Part shown: positions 9,351-17,698 of the stretch, piece after piece
How the letters are laid out: each line of letters opens with the position of its first letter
Numbering within the stretch: position 1 is the stretch's first letter
DNA from: Flavipsychrobacter sp.
Lineage (GTDB): Bacteria > Bacteroidota > Bacteroidia > Chitinophagales > Chitinophagaceae
Reading direction: 5' to 3'
Assembly (NCBI GenBank): GCA_035606335.1
Contig: DATNFP010000002.1
Span: 20,622-44,621 of the forward strand
DNA: 24,000 bases
Made by a program: the position numbers and the translations under genes
The notes under the pieces: generated by a model
Database searches by the model: none
What the model saw: the letters and a program-made list of their open reading frames with translations, nothing else
Told to the model about the DNA's origin: nothing

Positions 9351-10184
9351 ATGGCGCTAAACTGGCCTACTTTTTTCACTCGTCTCGGAAGCGCTATAGT
9401 CTTTGCGGTGATCATGATGACTGGCCTGCTGTGGAATGTATTGGCATTTATGATATTGATCAGTTTTATCCAGGTGCTTTGCCTGCGTGAATATTTCAGG
9501 CTCGTAAAAAAAATACATGCTGATATCACCTGGCCAGGATGGCTACCATTTATAGTCCAGGTAGTAAGCCTTGTATGGCTGTGGTTATTGTTCGATTCAT
9601 TCTATGGCAGTGCCTCATGGCCTTTATTATTATGGTTTCCGGCTTTCATCATATTGGCTACCACTCTGTCTAAAAAAACTGAATGGCAATCAGGTTTGTT
9701 ATCTCTTACCGGCATGTTATATATCATGCTCCCTACTATGCTCCTGCTCATGCTCAGGATGACAAGCATTATCATTCCATTGGCACTTATATTAATGCTT
9801 TGGGTAAATGACACCATGGCTTACCTGGTAGGTTCATTTATTGGCAAAACACCCTTTTCAGAAATATCCCCTAAAAAAACATGGGAAGGCACATTAGGAG
9901 GTGTCATACTCACAATATTAGGTGCAGCAATATGGGGATATTTTTCTCATTATTATCGCATGATAGATTGGATGATACTATCATTATTCGTTTCAATAGC
10001 CGGCACAGCCGGTGATTTATTGGAGTCAAAACTTAAACGCATTGCCAACGTAAAGGATTCAGGAACAATGATGCCTGGCCATGGCGGTGCTCTCGACAGG
10101 TTTGACTCCTTATTGATAGCAACGCCTTTCGCGTTTTGCTATGCGTACTTTTTCATGCCACCTTTGCCGCTCGTCATTTTTTAA
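9351..10184 (+). CDS. cdsA: phosphatidate cytidylyltransferase
   Basis: The CdsA signature 'SKLKRIANVKDSGTMMPGHGGALDRFDS' is present in a polytopic membrane protein. Confidence 0.9.
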   Translation: MALNWPTFFTRLGSAIVFAVIMMTGLLWNVLAFMILISFIQVLCLREYFRLVKKIHADITWPGWLPFIVQVVSLVWLWLLFDSFYGSASWPLLLWFPAFIILATTLSKKTEWQSGLLSLTGMLYIMLPTMLLLMLRMTSIIIPLALILMLWVNDTMAYLVGSFIGKTPFSEISPKKTWEGTLGGVILTILGAAIWGYFSHYYRMIDWMILSLFVSIAGTAGDLLESKLKRIANVKDSGTMMPGHGGALDRFDSLLIATPFAFCYAYFFMPPLPLVIF

Positions 10185-10214
10185 ATATTAACTTCGCCCA
10201 AAAGTTTAAAAAAC

Positions 10215-10871
10215 ATGAGTATCCACCGCGAAGGATATAAGTACATTACAATTGCTACTATTTCCTGGCTGATTATCATTTTTCTGTCGTTTCATTTTCT
10301 ATCCAATATTCTCTGGCTCGCATGGATTATCAATATCATTTGCTTCCTTCTGTGGTTTTGGGTTATTTGGTTTTTCCGCCTCCCTTCCCGCAACTTCACA
10401 AACGGTGAAGAAAAAATAATTGCTCCCGCAGATGGTAAAGTAGTAGTAATAGAAGAAACCTTCGAGCCAGAATATTTTAAAGACAAGCGTCTGCAGGTCT
10501 CCATATTTATGTCACCACTTAATGTACATGTAAACCGCAATCCTATCAGCGGTATCATAAAGTATATGAAATATCACCCGGGTAAATATCTGGTAGCCTG
10601 GCATCCTAAATCATCTACCGAAAATGAAAGGACAACAGTAGTGATAGGAAACAACAAGGTTGAATTATTACTGAGGCAAATTGCTGGAGCCATGGCCCGG
10701 CGTATTTGTTATTATGTAAAAGAAGGCGATACTGTAAAGCAAAACGATGAGTTTGGCTTTATCCGTTTTGGTTCCCGTGTAGACGTTTTTTTCCCTGTCG
10801 GTACCAAAATAGATGTTAAAATTGGCGATACCGTAGAGGGAGGCATTACTACCTTAGCTCATTTATCATAA
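10215..10871 (+). CDS. psd: phosphatidylserine decarboxylase proenzyme (short form)
   Basis: The 218-aa ORF has an N-terminal TM region and 'FGFIRFGSRVDVFFP' with the G-S self-cleavage site. It lies directly downstream of cdsA. Confidence 0.88.
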   Translation: MSIHREGYKYITIATISWLIIIFLSFHFLSNILWLAWIINIICFLLWFWVIWFFRLPSRNFTNGEEKIIAPADGKVVVIEETFEPEYFKDKRLQVSIFMSPLNVHVNRNPISGIIKYMKYHPGKYLVAWHPKSSTENERTTVVIGNNKVELLLRQIAGAMARRICYYVKEGDTVKQNDEFGFIRFGSRVDVFFPVGTKIDVKIGDTVEGGITTLAHLS

Positions 10872-10899
10872 CTTTAAAGATCAATCAATACACATAACA

Positions 10900-11088
10900 A
10901 TGAAAAAAGTCACACTACTACTTAGCGCATTATTAATAGCAGGAGCATCATTTGCTCACGATGGTAAAGGCTCATGCTGCAAAAAAGAAACTAAAGCTTG
11001 TTGCAAAAAAGAAGGCAAAGCATGCTGCCACAACCACAGCACTGCAAAAAATGACAAAGCGACATCCGCTACCGCTAAAAAATCTTAA
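10900..11088 (+). CDS. small secreted Cys/Lys-rich peptide (CCKKExKACC repeats)
   Basis: The signal peptide 'MKKVTLLLSALLIAGASFA' is followed by 'HDGKGSCCKKETKACCKKEGKACCHNH'. The ORF ends at a strong terminator hairpin. Confidence 0.5.
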   Translation: MKKVTLLLSALLIAGASFAHDGKGSCCKKETKACCKKEGKACCHNHSTAKNDKATSATAKKS

Positions 11089-11103
11089 TTGAATTTTTAA
11101 AAT

Positions 11104-11140
11104 AAAATGGTCCTGATAAATTCGGGGCCATTTTTATTTT
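11104..11140. terminator. bidirectional terminator between the Cys-rich peptide gene and miaA
   Basis: A 10-bp stem AAAATGGTCC/GGGCCATTTT (one G-U pair) has an 11-nt loop and is followed by TTTTTATTTT. It overlaps the miaA stop codon. Confidence 0.55.
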
Positions 11141-12057
11141 AACTGAAGTATCATTTCTACAACTCCTTCTTCATCAGCCTTTATCCAATTCATTTCTTTA
11201 TCCTTTCTAAACCATGTCATCTGCCTCTTAGCGTAATTGCGTGTATTTTGCTTTATTTTACTAACAGCTTCTTCCAAACTATAACTCCCGTCTATATAAT
11301 CAAACAGTTCAGAATATCCCACCGTTTGCAGGTTCTTCAATTGCTTTTGTGCATATAGCCCTTTCACTTCATCCAGCAATCCTTCCTCCATCATTTTGTC
11401 GACCCTTTGATTAATGCGTTCATACAAAACATCTCTATGTAGTTCCAATCCCACTTTTACGATCTCAAACGGTCTATTCTTCTTATCTCCCGTCCTGAAA
11501 TTCACAATACTCTCCCCAGTCGATCTTTTAAATATTAATGCCCTTATCAGCCTTGCCGGGTTTTTTATTTCCCCCTGCTTATAATATTCAGGATCTTCAT
11601 ACTGCACCGATTGTTGCAACCACTCCAAACCATTTGTTTCGTAAAGTTCATTTATCTCATGCGCTATAGCATCGTCCACGTCTGGCATCGCATCTAATCC
11701 TTCACACAATGCCTTTATATACAGTCCAGTCCCACCACAAACAACAGCAACATCTTTTTCTTTAAAAATCTCATCCAGATAACCCAAAGCCAATCTTTCA
11801 AAATCAGCAGCGGTCAGCGATTCCGTTATAGAAAATTCATCAATAAAATAGTGCCTTACTTTTTGCAGTTCTTCCTTTGTAGGTTTTGCGGTGCCAATGG
11901 TCATTTCTTTATAGCACTGCCTGCTATCCGCTGAGATGATGTCTGTTTGCAATCGCTCTGCAAGCGATATGGCAATAGCCGTTTTGCCTACTGCTGTAGG
12001 CCCGGCAATAACGTAAACTTTTTTTGATGTCAAAGTGAAATCTGAAAGAATAGCCAA
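11134..12057 (-). CDS. miaA: tRNA dimethylallyltransferase
   Basis: The P-loop 'GPTAVGKT' and 'SADSRQCYKEMTIGTAKP' are present. The start codon at 12057 is TTG, and there is no in-frame ATG upstream of the P-loop. Confidence 0.93.
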   Translation of the reverse strand: MAILSDFTLTSKKVYVIAGPTAVGKTAIAISLAERLQTDIISADSRQCYKEMTIGTAKPTKEELQKVRHYFIDEFSITESLTAADFERLALGYLDEIFKEKDVAVVCGGTGLYIKALCEGLDAMPDVDDAIAHEINELYETNGLEWLQQSVQYEDPEYYKQGEIKNPARLIRALIFKRSTGESIVNFRTGDKKNRPFEIVKVGLELHRDVLYERINQRVDKMMEEGLLDEVKGLYAQKQLKNLQTVGYSELFDYIDGSYSLEEAVSKIKQNTRNYAKRQMTWFRKDKEMNWIKADEEGVVEMILQLK

Positions 12058-12142
12058 AACAACAATGAACAGGTAAAAATATCAACCTTTCAGCTTATCC
12101 TTTATCAATATTCTCAATCGTGACTTTATATATCCGGAAAAT

Positions 12143-12718
12143 TTAAAATTCTTCTCCTAAGCTTTCTGCACCTTCAGTACCCTCTGTACTTTCGCTACTT
12201 TCATCACCCTCTCCTTCGCTGCTAAAACCCTCAGCCATTTCTTCCGCACCAAGGTCATATTTCTCCTCCACTTCCATCAGCTTGTCGGGATTCACCCCTT
12301 TTATGCCATATTGCGCAGGTGCTAATCCTTCTTTACGTAACACAAAAGGGTAAGTACGCCTCGAATCTTCATCCTTGCTCACCCCTATTAGTTCCACCAG
12401 GAATGTCCATTTTTTGGCAGGGTCATATACATATACGAACTTTTGGTCGGGAGTAGCCACAAGCGCCGATACAGGCGTGCGCATCATAGACAACGCAGGC
12501 GCATCTTTCTTATTCACCATCACCTCCGAATTCAGCTCCCTACCTCTCTGCCAGCGCTCATTGCTTTCGTAAAAAGAAGCCGGGTGCTTACCATCAAACT
12601 CGTATGATTGTAAAATTGCTTTGTGAAATTCAAGAAATGTCTGGCTAGGGCGTATCTCTATATCCCTGTATACCTGATCATCGTCTTCCCAATATATTCT
12701 AAATCTTAATAATGCCAT
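12143..12718 (-). CDS. PRiA4b ORF-3-like (MM3350-like) domain protein with acidic Ser/Glu/Gly tail
   Basis: The start is taken at the ATG at 12718 ('[13 protein letters not shown]'); the upstream 30 codons are AT-rich and Tyr/Ile junk. '[36 protein letters not shown]' and '[17 protein letters not shown]...[16 protein letters not shown]' mirror the PRiA4_ORF3 layout. This is a fold-level guess only. Confidence 0.5.
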   Translation of the reverse strand: MALLRFRIYWEDDDQVYRDIEIRPSQTFLEFHKAILQSYEFDGKHPASFYESNERWQRGRELNSEVMVNKKDAPALSMMRTPVSALVATPDQKFVYVYDPAKKWTFLVELIGVSKDEDSRRTYPFVLRKEGLAPAQYGIKGVNPDKLMEVEEKYDLGAEEMAEGFSSEGEGDESSESTEGTEGAESLGEEF

Positions 12719-12851
12719 ATGTCCAAGCAGATTATATACAAAAATGGGTGTGCCGTAAAAATAATGATAATATCGAATAATAAATATTGTGTAAATTTTA
12801 TATATCAAAAAATATTCCAGTTTGCTTTCACGAAAACCTCGGAAATTATAT

Positions 12852-12882
12852 TTTGGATAATTTTGAAATTATGCTACCTTTG
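12852..12882 (+). promoter_or_regulatory. Bacteroidota sigma-A promoter for rpmI-rplT (TTTG-N19-TACCTTTG)
   Basis: TTTG at 12852-12855 is followed by 19 nt of spacer and then TACCTTTG at 12875-12882. This lies 19 nt before the rpmI ATG and matches the TTTG/TAnnTTTG consensus. Confidence 0.55.
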
Positions 12883-12901
12883 CGTTCCCAAATTTGAGAC
12901 C

Positions 12902-13099
12902 ATGCCAAAGGTGAAGACTCACTCCCGTGCTAAAAAAACTTTCAAAGTTACAGGTACGGGCAAAATACGCAGATATAAAGCTTTTAAAAGCCACCTGCTG
13001 ACTAAAAAATCTAAAAAACGTAAACGCCATCTGCGCGAAGGTGCTCTTGTTCACCCTACGAACCTGAACCTTGTTAAGCGCATGCTGGGGATGAGATAA
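12902..13099 (+). CDS. rpmI: 50S ribosomal protein L35
   Basis: '[24 protein letters not shown]' is the canonical L35 N-terminus (65 aa). The longer ORF from 12719 is a spurious extension. Confidence 0.95.
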   Translation: MPKVKTHSRAKKTFKVTGTGKIRRYKAFKSHLLTKKSKKRKRHLREGALVHPTNLNLVKRMLGMR

Positions 13100-13131
13100 C
13101 ATTTTTAATAACGATTATTAATATTTAATAT

Positions 13132-13476
13132 ATGCCACGTTCCGTAAATGCCGTTGCATCACGTGCTAGAAAAAAGAAAATACTGAAGCAGGCGAAAGGC
13201 TTCTATGGCAAACGTAAAAACGTTTATACCGTTGCCAAAAACGTACTCGAGAAAGGTCTCGGTTATAAATTTGTTGGCCGTAAGATCAAAAAGCGCGACT
13301 ATCGCTCTCTTTGGATCGTTCGTATCAATGCTGCTGTTCGTGAAGAAGGCATGAGCTACTCTCAGTTCATGGGCAAATTGTCTGCTAAAGGCATCGACCT
13401 GAACCGCAAAGTTTTAGCTGACCTGGCTATGAACGAACCTGAATCTTTCAAAAAACTGGTTGCTGAAGTAAAATAG
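13132..13476 (+). CDS. rplT: 50S ribosomal protein L20
   Basis: '[29 protein letters not shown]' is the canonical L20 N-terminus (114 aa). Confidence 0.95.
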   Translation: MPRSVNAVASRARKKKILKQAKGFYGKRKNVYTVAKNVLEKGLGYKFVGRKIKKRDYRSLWIVRINAAVREEGMSYSQFMGKLSAKGIDLNRKVLADLAMNEPESFKKLVAEVK

Positions 13477-13503
13477 GCTTCCATCACAATATTATCCCCC
13501 ATT

Positions 13504-13537
13504 AGCCGGTGTTGCAAAACATCGGCTTTTATTTTTT
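13504..13537. terminator. rho-independent terminator after rplT (also faces ispE)
   Basis: A 10-bp stem AGCCGGTGTT/AACATCGGCT (one G-U pair) has a GCAA loop and is followed by TTTTATTTTTT. Confidence 0.7.
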
Positions 13538-14348
13538 ATTCTACATAGAATTCCTCATATTTCACTGTCACTGATATAGTCGCTTTCTTTCCCTTTTCAA
13601 ATATCCCGTATACAGCGCTTCCACTCCCACTCATAGACGCATATAGTGCGCCCCTTTGATATAATTGTGCTTTTATCTCTCCTAATACCGGGTACATTCC
13701 AAATATGGGCAGCTCAAAGTCATTAGATACATGCTCTCTCCACTGCTCAACAGGCAGCTCATTTATTTTTCTCAGGTCAAATGCTGCAGGTTTTGGTGTT
13801 ATCATCTGGAAAGCCTTGCCGGTAGCCACATGCACATCCGGGCATATCACCTGGATACCATATTTTGAAAGGTCCAGCGTAATTGGCGTCATTTGCTCTC
13901 CCCGCCCCTGAGCGAACTGTGGTGTATTATGTATAAAAAACGGGCAGTCGCTGCCAAGCTTCAGCGCCATTTTGCTTAATTCTTCCTGTTCTAATCCCAA
14001 CTTACAATAGTCGCTAACTAGCCTCAATGTAAAAGCTCCATCTGCCGAGCCTCCTCCCAATCCTGCGCCCATGGGTATGTTTTTCAATAAGTAAATGTCC
14101 ATTGACTCTATCCTATCAGGATATTGCTTTTGCAGCATTTCGTATGCTTTCCATACCAGGTTGTCTTCATTATTTCCGGCCACTTCCCGGCCACTTACAT
14201 ACAATGCCGTTTCCGCTGCGGGCACCATTTCCAGCGCATCGTGAATTTGTATTGGATAAAAAACAGTTTCTATATCATGATAGCCATCTGGTCTTCGGTT
14301 GGTAATGTACAAGCCAAGATTAATCTTACAATTCGGGAAACGTAGCAT
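13536..14348 (-). CDS. ispE: 4-(cytidine 5'-diphospho)-2-C-methyl-D-erythritol kinase
   Basis: 'KINLGLYI' and the GHMP-kinase motif '[14 protein letters not shown]' are present. The start is set at the ATG at 14348 ('[13 protein letters not shown]'); the longer ORF would overlap the divergent ABC gene. Confidence 0.9.
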   Translation of the reverse strand: MLRFPNCKINLGLYITNRRPDGYHDIETVFYPIQIHDALEMVPAAETALYVSGREVAGNNEDNLVWKAYEMLQKQYPDRIESMDIYLLKNIPMGAGLGGGSADGAFTLRLVSDYCKLGLEQEELSKMALKLGSDCPFFIHNTPQFAQGRGEQMTPITLDLSKYGIQVICPDVHVATGKAFQMITPKPAAFDLRKINELPVEQWREHVSNDFELPIFGMYPVLGEIKAQLYQRGALYASMSGSGSAVYGIFEKGKKATISVTVKYEEFYVE

Positions 14349-14368
14349 AGCAGGGATGAAATTATATG

Positions 14369-14376
14369 TATTTTTG
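14369..14376 (+). promoter_or_regulatory. -7 box candidate (TATTTTTG) for the ABC ATPase gene
   Basis: An exact TAnnTTTG lies 17 nt upstream of the ATG at 14394. No clear -33 TTTG was seen. Confidence 0.3.
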
Positions 14377-14393
14377 ATTTTACCACAGCAAAA

Positions 14394-15107
14394 ATGAGCG
14401 AAGTAATTCATTTAAATAATATTGAGAAGAGCTATTTCATGGGCAAGCAGGCATTGCCTGTGCTCAAAGGCATCAACCTGATTATCGATCGCAACTCATA
14501 CGTAGCATTGATGGGGCCTTCCGGTTCGGGTAAATCTACATTGATGAATATTCTGGGTTGCCTCGATTCACCAACTGATGGACAATACATCCTGAATGGT
14601 AAAGATGTAAGCCGCATGGCCGACGATGAATTGGCCGATGTACGCAATGTGGAGATCGGTTTTGTGTTCCAGCAGTTTAATTTGTTGCCACGCCTTACAG
14701 CATGGGAAAATGTAGCTCTGCCTCTTATCTATTCCGGCATTAGTAAGAAGGACCGTGAAGAGCGTGCCCGTACTATGCTCGATAAAGTAGGTCTTTCCGA
14801 ACGTGCCCACCACAAGCCCAATGAGCTTTCAGGCGGACAAAGCCAGCGTGTGGCCATAGCCCGTGCCCTTATCAATAATCCCTCCCTCATCCTCGCCGAT
14901 GAACCCACCGGCAACCTCGATACCAAGACCTCCATAGAGATCATGGAGCTATTCGGTAAGATCCACGACGGCGGCAATACAGTAGTGCTCGTAACCCACG
15001 AAGTAGATGTAGCCAACTACACCCACCGCATCGTCCGCATCCGCGACGGCGTGATAGAAAGCGATCACATCAACACCAATCCAGTTAAGGATTTTGTAAC
15101 TGTATAA
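14394..15107 (+). CDS. ABC transporter ATP-binding protein, MacB/LolD/FtsE-like
   Basis: Walker A 'GPSGSGKST', signature 'LSGGQSQR' and Walker B 'LILADEPT' are present, as is '[16 protein letters not shown]', typical of the MacB/LolD group. There is no adjacent permease gene. Confidence 0.9.
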   Translation: MSEVIHLNNIEKSYFMGKQALPVLKGINLIIDRNSYVALMGPSGSGKSTLMNILGCLDSPTDGQYILNGKDVSRMADDELADVRNVEIGFVFQQFNLLPRLTAWENVALPLIYSGISKKDREERARTMLDKVGLSERAHHKPNELSGGQSQRVAIARALINNPSLILADEPTGNLDTKTSIEIMELFGKIHDGGNTVVLVTHEVDVANYTHRIVRIRDGVIESDHINTNPVKDFVTV

Positions 15108-15404
15108 AATAGAGATTTATATTTTAGTCATTACCTTATCTCTACCCAGCTCCGGCCTCATAAAAATGGCGTTAAGAAAAAAGCCGTAACTGAGCGTCCG
15201 CAAAAACTATCTCTGGATTTAGGCTACAGCCCAATAGCAACTGCCTTCCTTTGAAGCACTTCATAGCATAATAGAAAGCTATTTTTTGCAGCGAAGTGCA
15301 GGCATTTTTTAGCCATTTTTGTGCAGCCTTGATCTTTTGGTTCTTTTGTATCAAGACAAAAGAACATTTAAAACAACCCTTTAAAATCAAAGAACTACAA
15401 TTTT

Positions 15405-15484
15405 CATTACCGAATTGCTTCATTGTCTCATTGTCGAATTGCCAAATTGTCAAATTGTCAAATTACCGAATTGCCTCATTGTAT
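15405..15484 (+). repeat. tandem octamer array, 10 x 8 nt, consensus (A/C)ATTGYCN
   Basis: Read directly: CATTACCG AATTGCTT CATTGTCT CATTGTCG AATTGCCA AATTGTCA AATTGTCA AATTACCG AATTGCCT CATTGTAT. The array abuts or overlaps the stop of the adenosyltransferase gene. Confidence 0.85.
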
Positions 15485-16036
15485 CCTCGCTCTCCACTCT
15501 ACTTCCTGTGCGCCGGCGATGTGTGTAATGTAGCGGGCCAGCACGAAAAGGTAATCGGAAAGGCGGTTGAGATATTTGATGATGAGGTCGGAGACAGGCT
15601 CGTTTTGTTCGTGCATACCCACGCACAGGCGCTCGGCACGGCGACAAACACAACGGGCTACATGACAGGTGGAAGCTGCCAGGTTGCCGCCCGGGAGTAT
15701 AAAAGCGCGCATTTCAGGAAGGCTTTCGTTCATCTTGTCTATAGACTGCTCCAGCCATTGCACATCGCTATCGTGCAGGTCGGGAAGCTTCATTTTTACT
15801 TCTTTGTCGGGAGTGGTAGCTAGTTCAGAACCTATTGTAAATAAGCGGTCCTGTATCTCGCGCAGCCATTCTGTGATCTGTGAGTTAGCCGCCATATCGC
15901 TTACCATACCGATGTAAGAATTCAGTTCGTCGATGGTGCCATAGCTTTCTATGCGAATATGGCTTTTCGGCACACGGACACCGCCTATGAGGCTTGTAGT
16001 GCCTTTGTCGCCGGTTTTTGTATATATTTTAAACAT
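15476..16036 (-). CDS. ATP:cob(I)alamin adenosyltransferase, PduO type
   Basis: 'MFKIYTKTGDKGTTSLIGG.RV.K...RIESYGTIDELNS' is the characteristic PduO/MMAB N-terminus (186 aa). Confidence 0.9.
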   Translation of the reverse strand: MFKIYTKTGDKGTTSLIGGVRVPKSHIRIESYGTIDELNSYIGMVSDMAANSQITEWLREIQDRLFTIGSELATTPDKEVKMKLPDLHDSDVQWLEQSIDKMNESLPEMRAFILPGGNLAASTCHVARCVCRRAERLCVGMHEQNEPVSDLIIKYLNRLSDYLFVLARYITHIAGAQEVEWRARIQ

Positions 16037-16120
16037 TGTGCTTTTGTTGAGAAAGTAAAATTAATTCTTATAATGTTCTTTGGTCCTTATAAATCAAAAT
16101 CAACTATTAATCGCCCCCAA

Positions 16121-16200
16121 AATTGTCGAATTGGCTAATTGTCGAATTGCCAAATTCACTAATTGTCTCATTACCAAATTATCTAATTGTCAAATTGCCA
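16121..16200 (+). repeat. tandem octamer array, 10 x 8 nt, same consensus and same strand as 15405-15484
   Basis: Read directly: AATTGTCG AATTGGCT AATTGTCG AATTGCCA AATTCACT AATTGTCT CATTACCA AATTATCT AATTGTCA AATTGCCA. It lies in the divergent spacer between the adenosyltransferase gene and pyrH. Confidence 0.85.
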
Positions 16201-16242
16201 AATAGTTTCTTTCTTTGCACTCACAAACACTCCATCTTTCCA

Positions 16243-16953
16243 ATGCTGCCTAAGTACAATCGTATCCTGCTAAAGCTTTCAGGTGAATCCCTTATGGGCG
16301 ACCGTAATTTTGGTATCGATTCCAAAATGCTCGACCAATATGCTTCCGATATTAAGAGAATTACGGATATCGGCGTGCAGGTGGCAGTAGTGATAGGTGG
16401 CGGCAACATATACCGTGGGATGAACGAAGCCGAAACAGGCATCGAGCGTGCCCAGGGCGATTATATGGGCATGCTGGCCACTGTTATCAACGGTATGGCC
16501 CTGCAGGCAGCTCTGGAGAAAGTGAACGTTAATACACGGCTGCAAAGCGCCATCAAGATGGAGCAGATAGCCGAACCATACATCCGACGCCGTGCTATAC
16601 GACATTTGGAAAAAGGCCGCGTGGTGATCTTTGGCGCAGGTACAGGCAACCCATACTTCACTACCGATACCGCTGGTTCTCTGCGTGCTATCGAGATAAA
16701 TGCCGATGTTATCCTGAAAGGCACCCGCGTGGATGGCATCTATAGTGCCGATCCTGAAAAAGATACTACAGCCACCCGTTTCGAAATACTTACTTTTAGC
16801 GATGTAATAGGTAAGGGGCTCAAAGTGATGGACATGACCGCCTTCACCCTCTGCCAGGAGAATAACCTCCCCATCATCGTTTTCGACATGAACCGCACCG
16901 GCAACTTGCTTGATGTAGTTACCGGAAAAGCGGTGGGTACGCTGGTAAATTAA
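16243..16953 (+). CDS. pyrH: UMP kinase
   Basis: '[10 protein letters not shown]', '[10 protein letters not shown]' and '[12 protein letters not shown]' are present. The start is set at the ATG at 16243 (236 aa); the listed start at 16123 reads through the octamer array. Confidence 0.95.
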   Translation: MLPKYNRILLKLSGESLMGDRNFGIDSKMLDQYASDIKRITDIGVQVAVVIGGGNIYRGMNEAETGIERAQGDYMGMLATVINGMALQAALEKVNVNTRLQSAIKMEQIAEPYIRRRAIRHLEKGRVVIFGAGTGNPYFTTDTAGSLRAIEINADVILKGTRVDGIYSADPEKDTTATRFEILTFSDVIGKGLKVMDMTAFTLCQENNLPIIVFDMNRTGNLLDVVTGKAVGTLVN

Positions 16954-17032
16954 TAGCTGAAACTATTTCTTCCAGAACGAGCGCATAGCCATGTGCTGTA
17001 GCCGCGAAATGAAGGATCTCCTTAATCAAGGC

Positions 17033-17698
17033 TCAAGACTTCCGATCTGCTTTCCATTTCTCCCGGCGACCCAACGCAGCTTTAGCCACTTCATCCGGCG
17101 CAAGCGAACCTAACTTCACCTCACCATCCAAAGCATAACTTGCAAAAATTACACCCGTTTTCGACACCACAGACTCCGTCAATTTCCATTGTTGCGGCTG
17201 TGTGCCTCCTTCGAAAAGTTTTTGTCCTTCACCGATCGTGACGGGAAATATCCAGGTATGCAATACATCAACCATGTGATTGGATAATAAAGTTTGCATC
17301 AAAACACTACTGCCAAACACCAGCAGGTCCGGACCGTCCTGTTCCTTTAATTTTTTCAACTCATTCACTACATCTTTGTTGATCAGGATGGAAGTTTCCC
17401 ACGATAGATCGACGGGTGTTGTAGCCACCACATATTTATTAATACGGTTGAAGGTGTCGGCGATCGCACCCTTTTCATAAGGCCAGTACGATGCGAATAC
17501 TTCATACGTACGGCGGCCAAGCAATAGGTCGAACGGGGTTGACATTATCTTGCTCAGGGTACTAAATGTCTGATCATCCTGGTAATGAGTGGCCCAGCCA
17601 CCCCATTTGAATGGATACTGAGGATCATCTTCCGGTCCGCTGGGGGCCTGCAATACGCCATCCATTGTTATTCTGTTTGCAACAATAATTTTTCGCAT
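17033..17698 (-). CDS. dihydrofolate reductase family protein (RibD C-terminal domain-like)
   Basis: 'MRKIIVANRITMDGV', 'LLLGRRTYEVFASYWP' and 'LLVFGSSVLMQTLL' match the RibD_C/YwjB-like family. The start is taken at the ATG at 17698. Confidence 0.8.
   Translation of the reverse strand: MRKIIVANRITMDGVLQAPSGPEDDPQYPFKWGGWATHYQDDQTFSTLSKIMSTPFDLLLGRRTYEVFASYWPYEKGAIADTFNRINKYVVATTPVDLSWETSILINKDVVNELKKLKEQDGPDLLVFGSSVLMQTLLSNHMVDVLHTWIFPVTIGEGQKLFEGGTQPQQWKLTESVVSKTGVIFASYALDGEVKLGSLAPDEVAKAALGRREKWKADRKS

Noticed and set aside
9239-9529. ORFs 9239..9490 (+) and 9347..9529 (-)
   Set aside because: They overlap the CPBP 3' end and the cdsA 5' end in other frames. They have no motifs, and cdsA explains the region.
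12719-12901. Upstream extension of rpmI ORF (61 extra codons)
   Set aside because: The extension covers the promoter (TTTG-N19-TACCTTTG) and overlaps the divergent gene's start. L35 canonically starts at MPKVKT.
14349-14411. Upstream extension of ispE ('[21 protein letters not shown]')
   Set aside because: It would overlap the divergent ABC ATPase start and its -7 box. '[13 protein letters not shown]' is a normal IspE N-terminus.
14432-15016. Minus-strand ORFs inside the ABC ATPase gene (71, 81 and 95 aa)
   Set aside because: They are antisense to a gene with complete Walker A/B and signature motifs.
15172-15823. ORFs 15172..15453 (-) and 15296..15823 (+), 93 and 175 aa
   Set aside because: Both run through the octamer array and the non-coding spacer, giving periodic 'SNCQIVKLSN'-type peptides. 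The longer one is antisense to the well-supported adenosyltransferase gene. They are artefacts of repeat translation.
15405-16200. Possibility that the tandem arrays are CRISPR
   Set aside because: The units are 8 nt and contiguous with no spacers, and no cas genes are nearby. This is a simple tandem repeat, not CRISPR.
16123-16242. N-terminal 40-codon extension of pyrH ('[28 protein letters not shown]')
   Set aside because: The extension is a translation of the octamer array. The ATG at 16243 gives a standard-length UMP kinase starting '[17 protein letters not shown]'.
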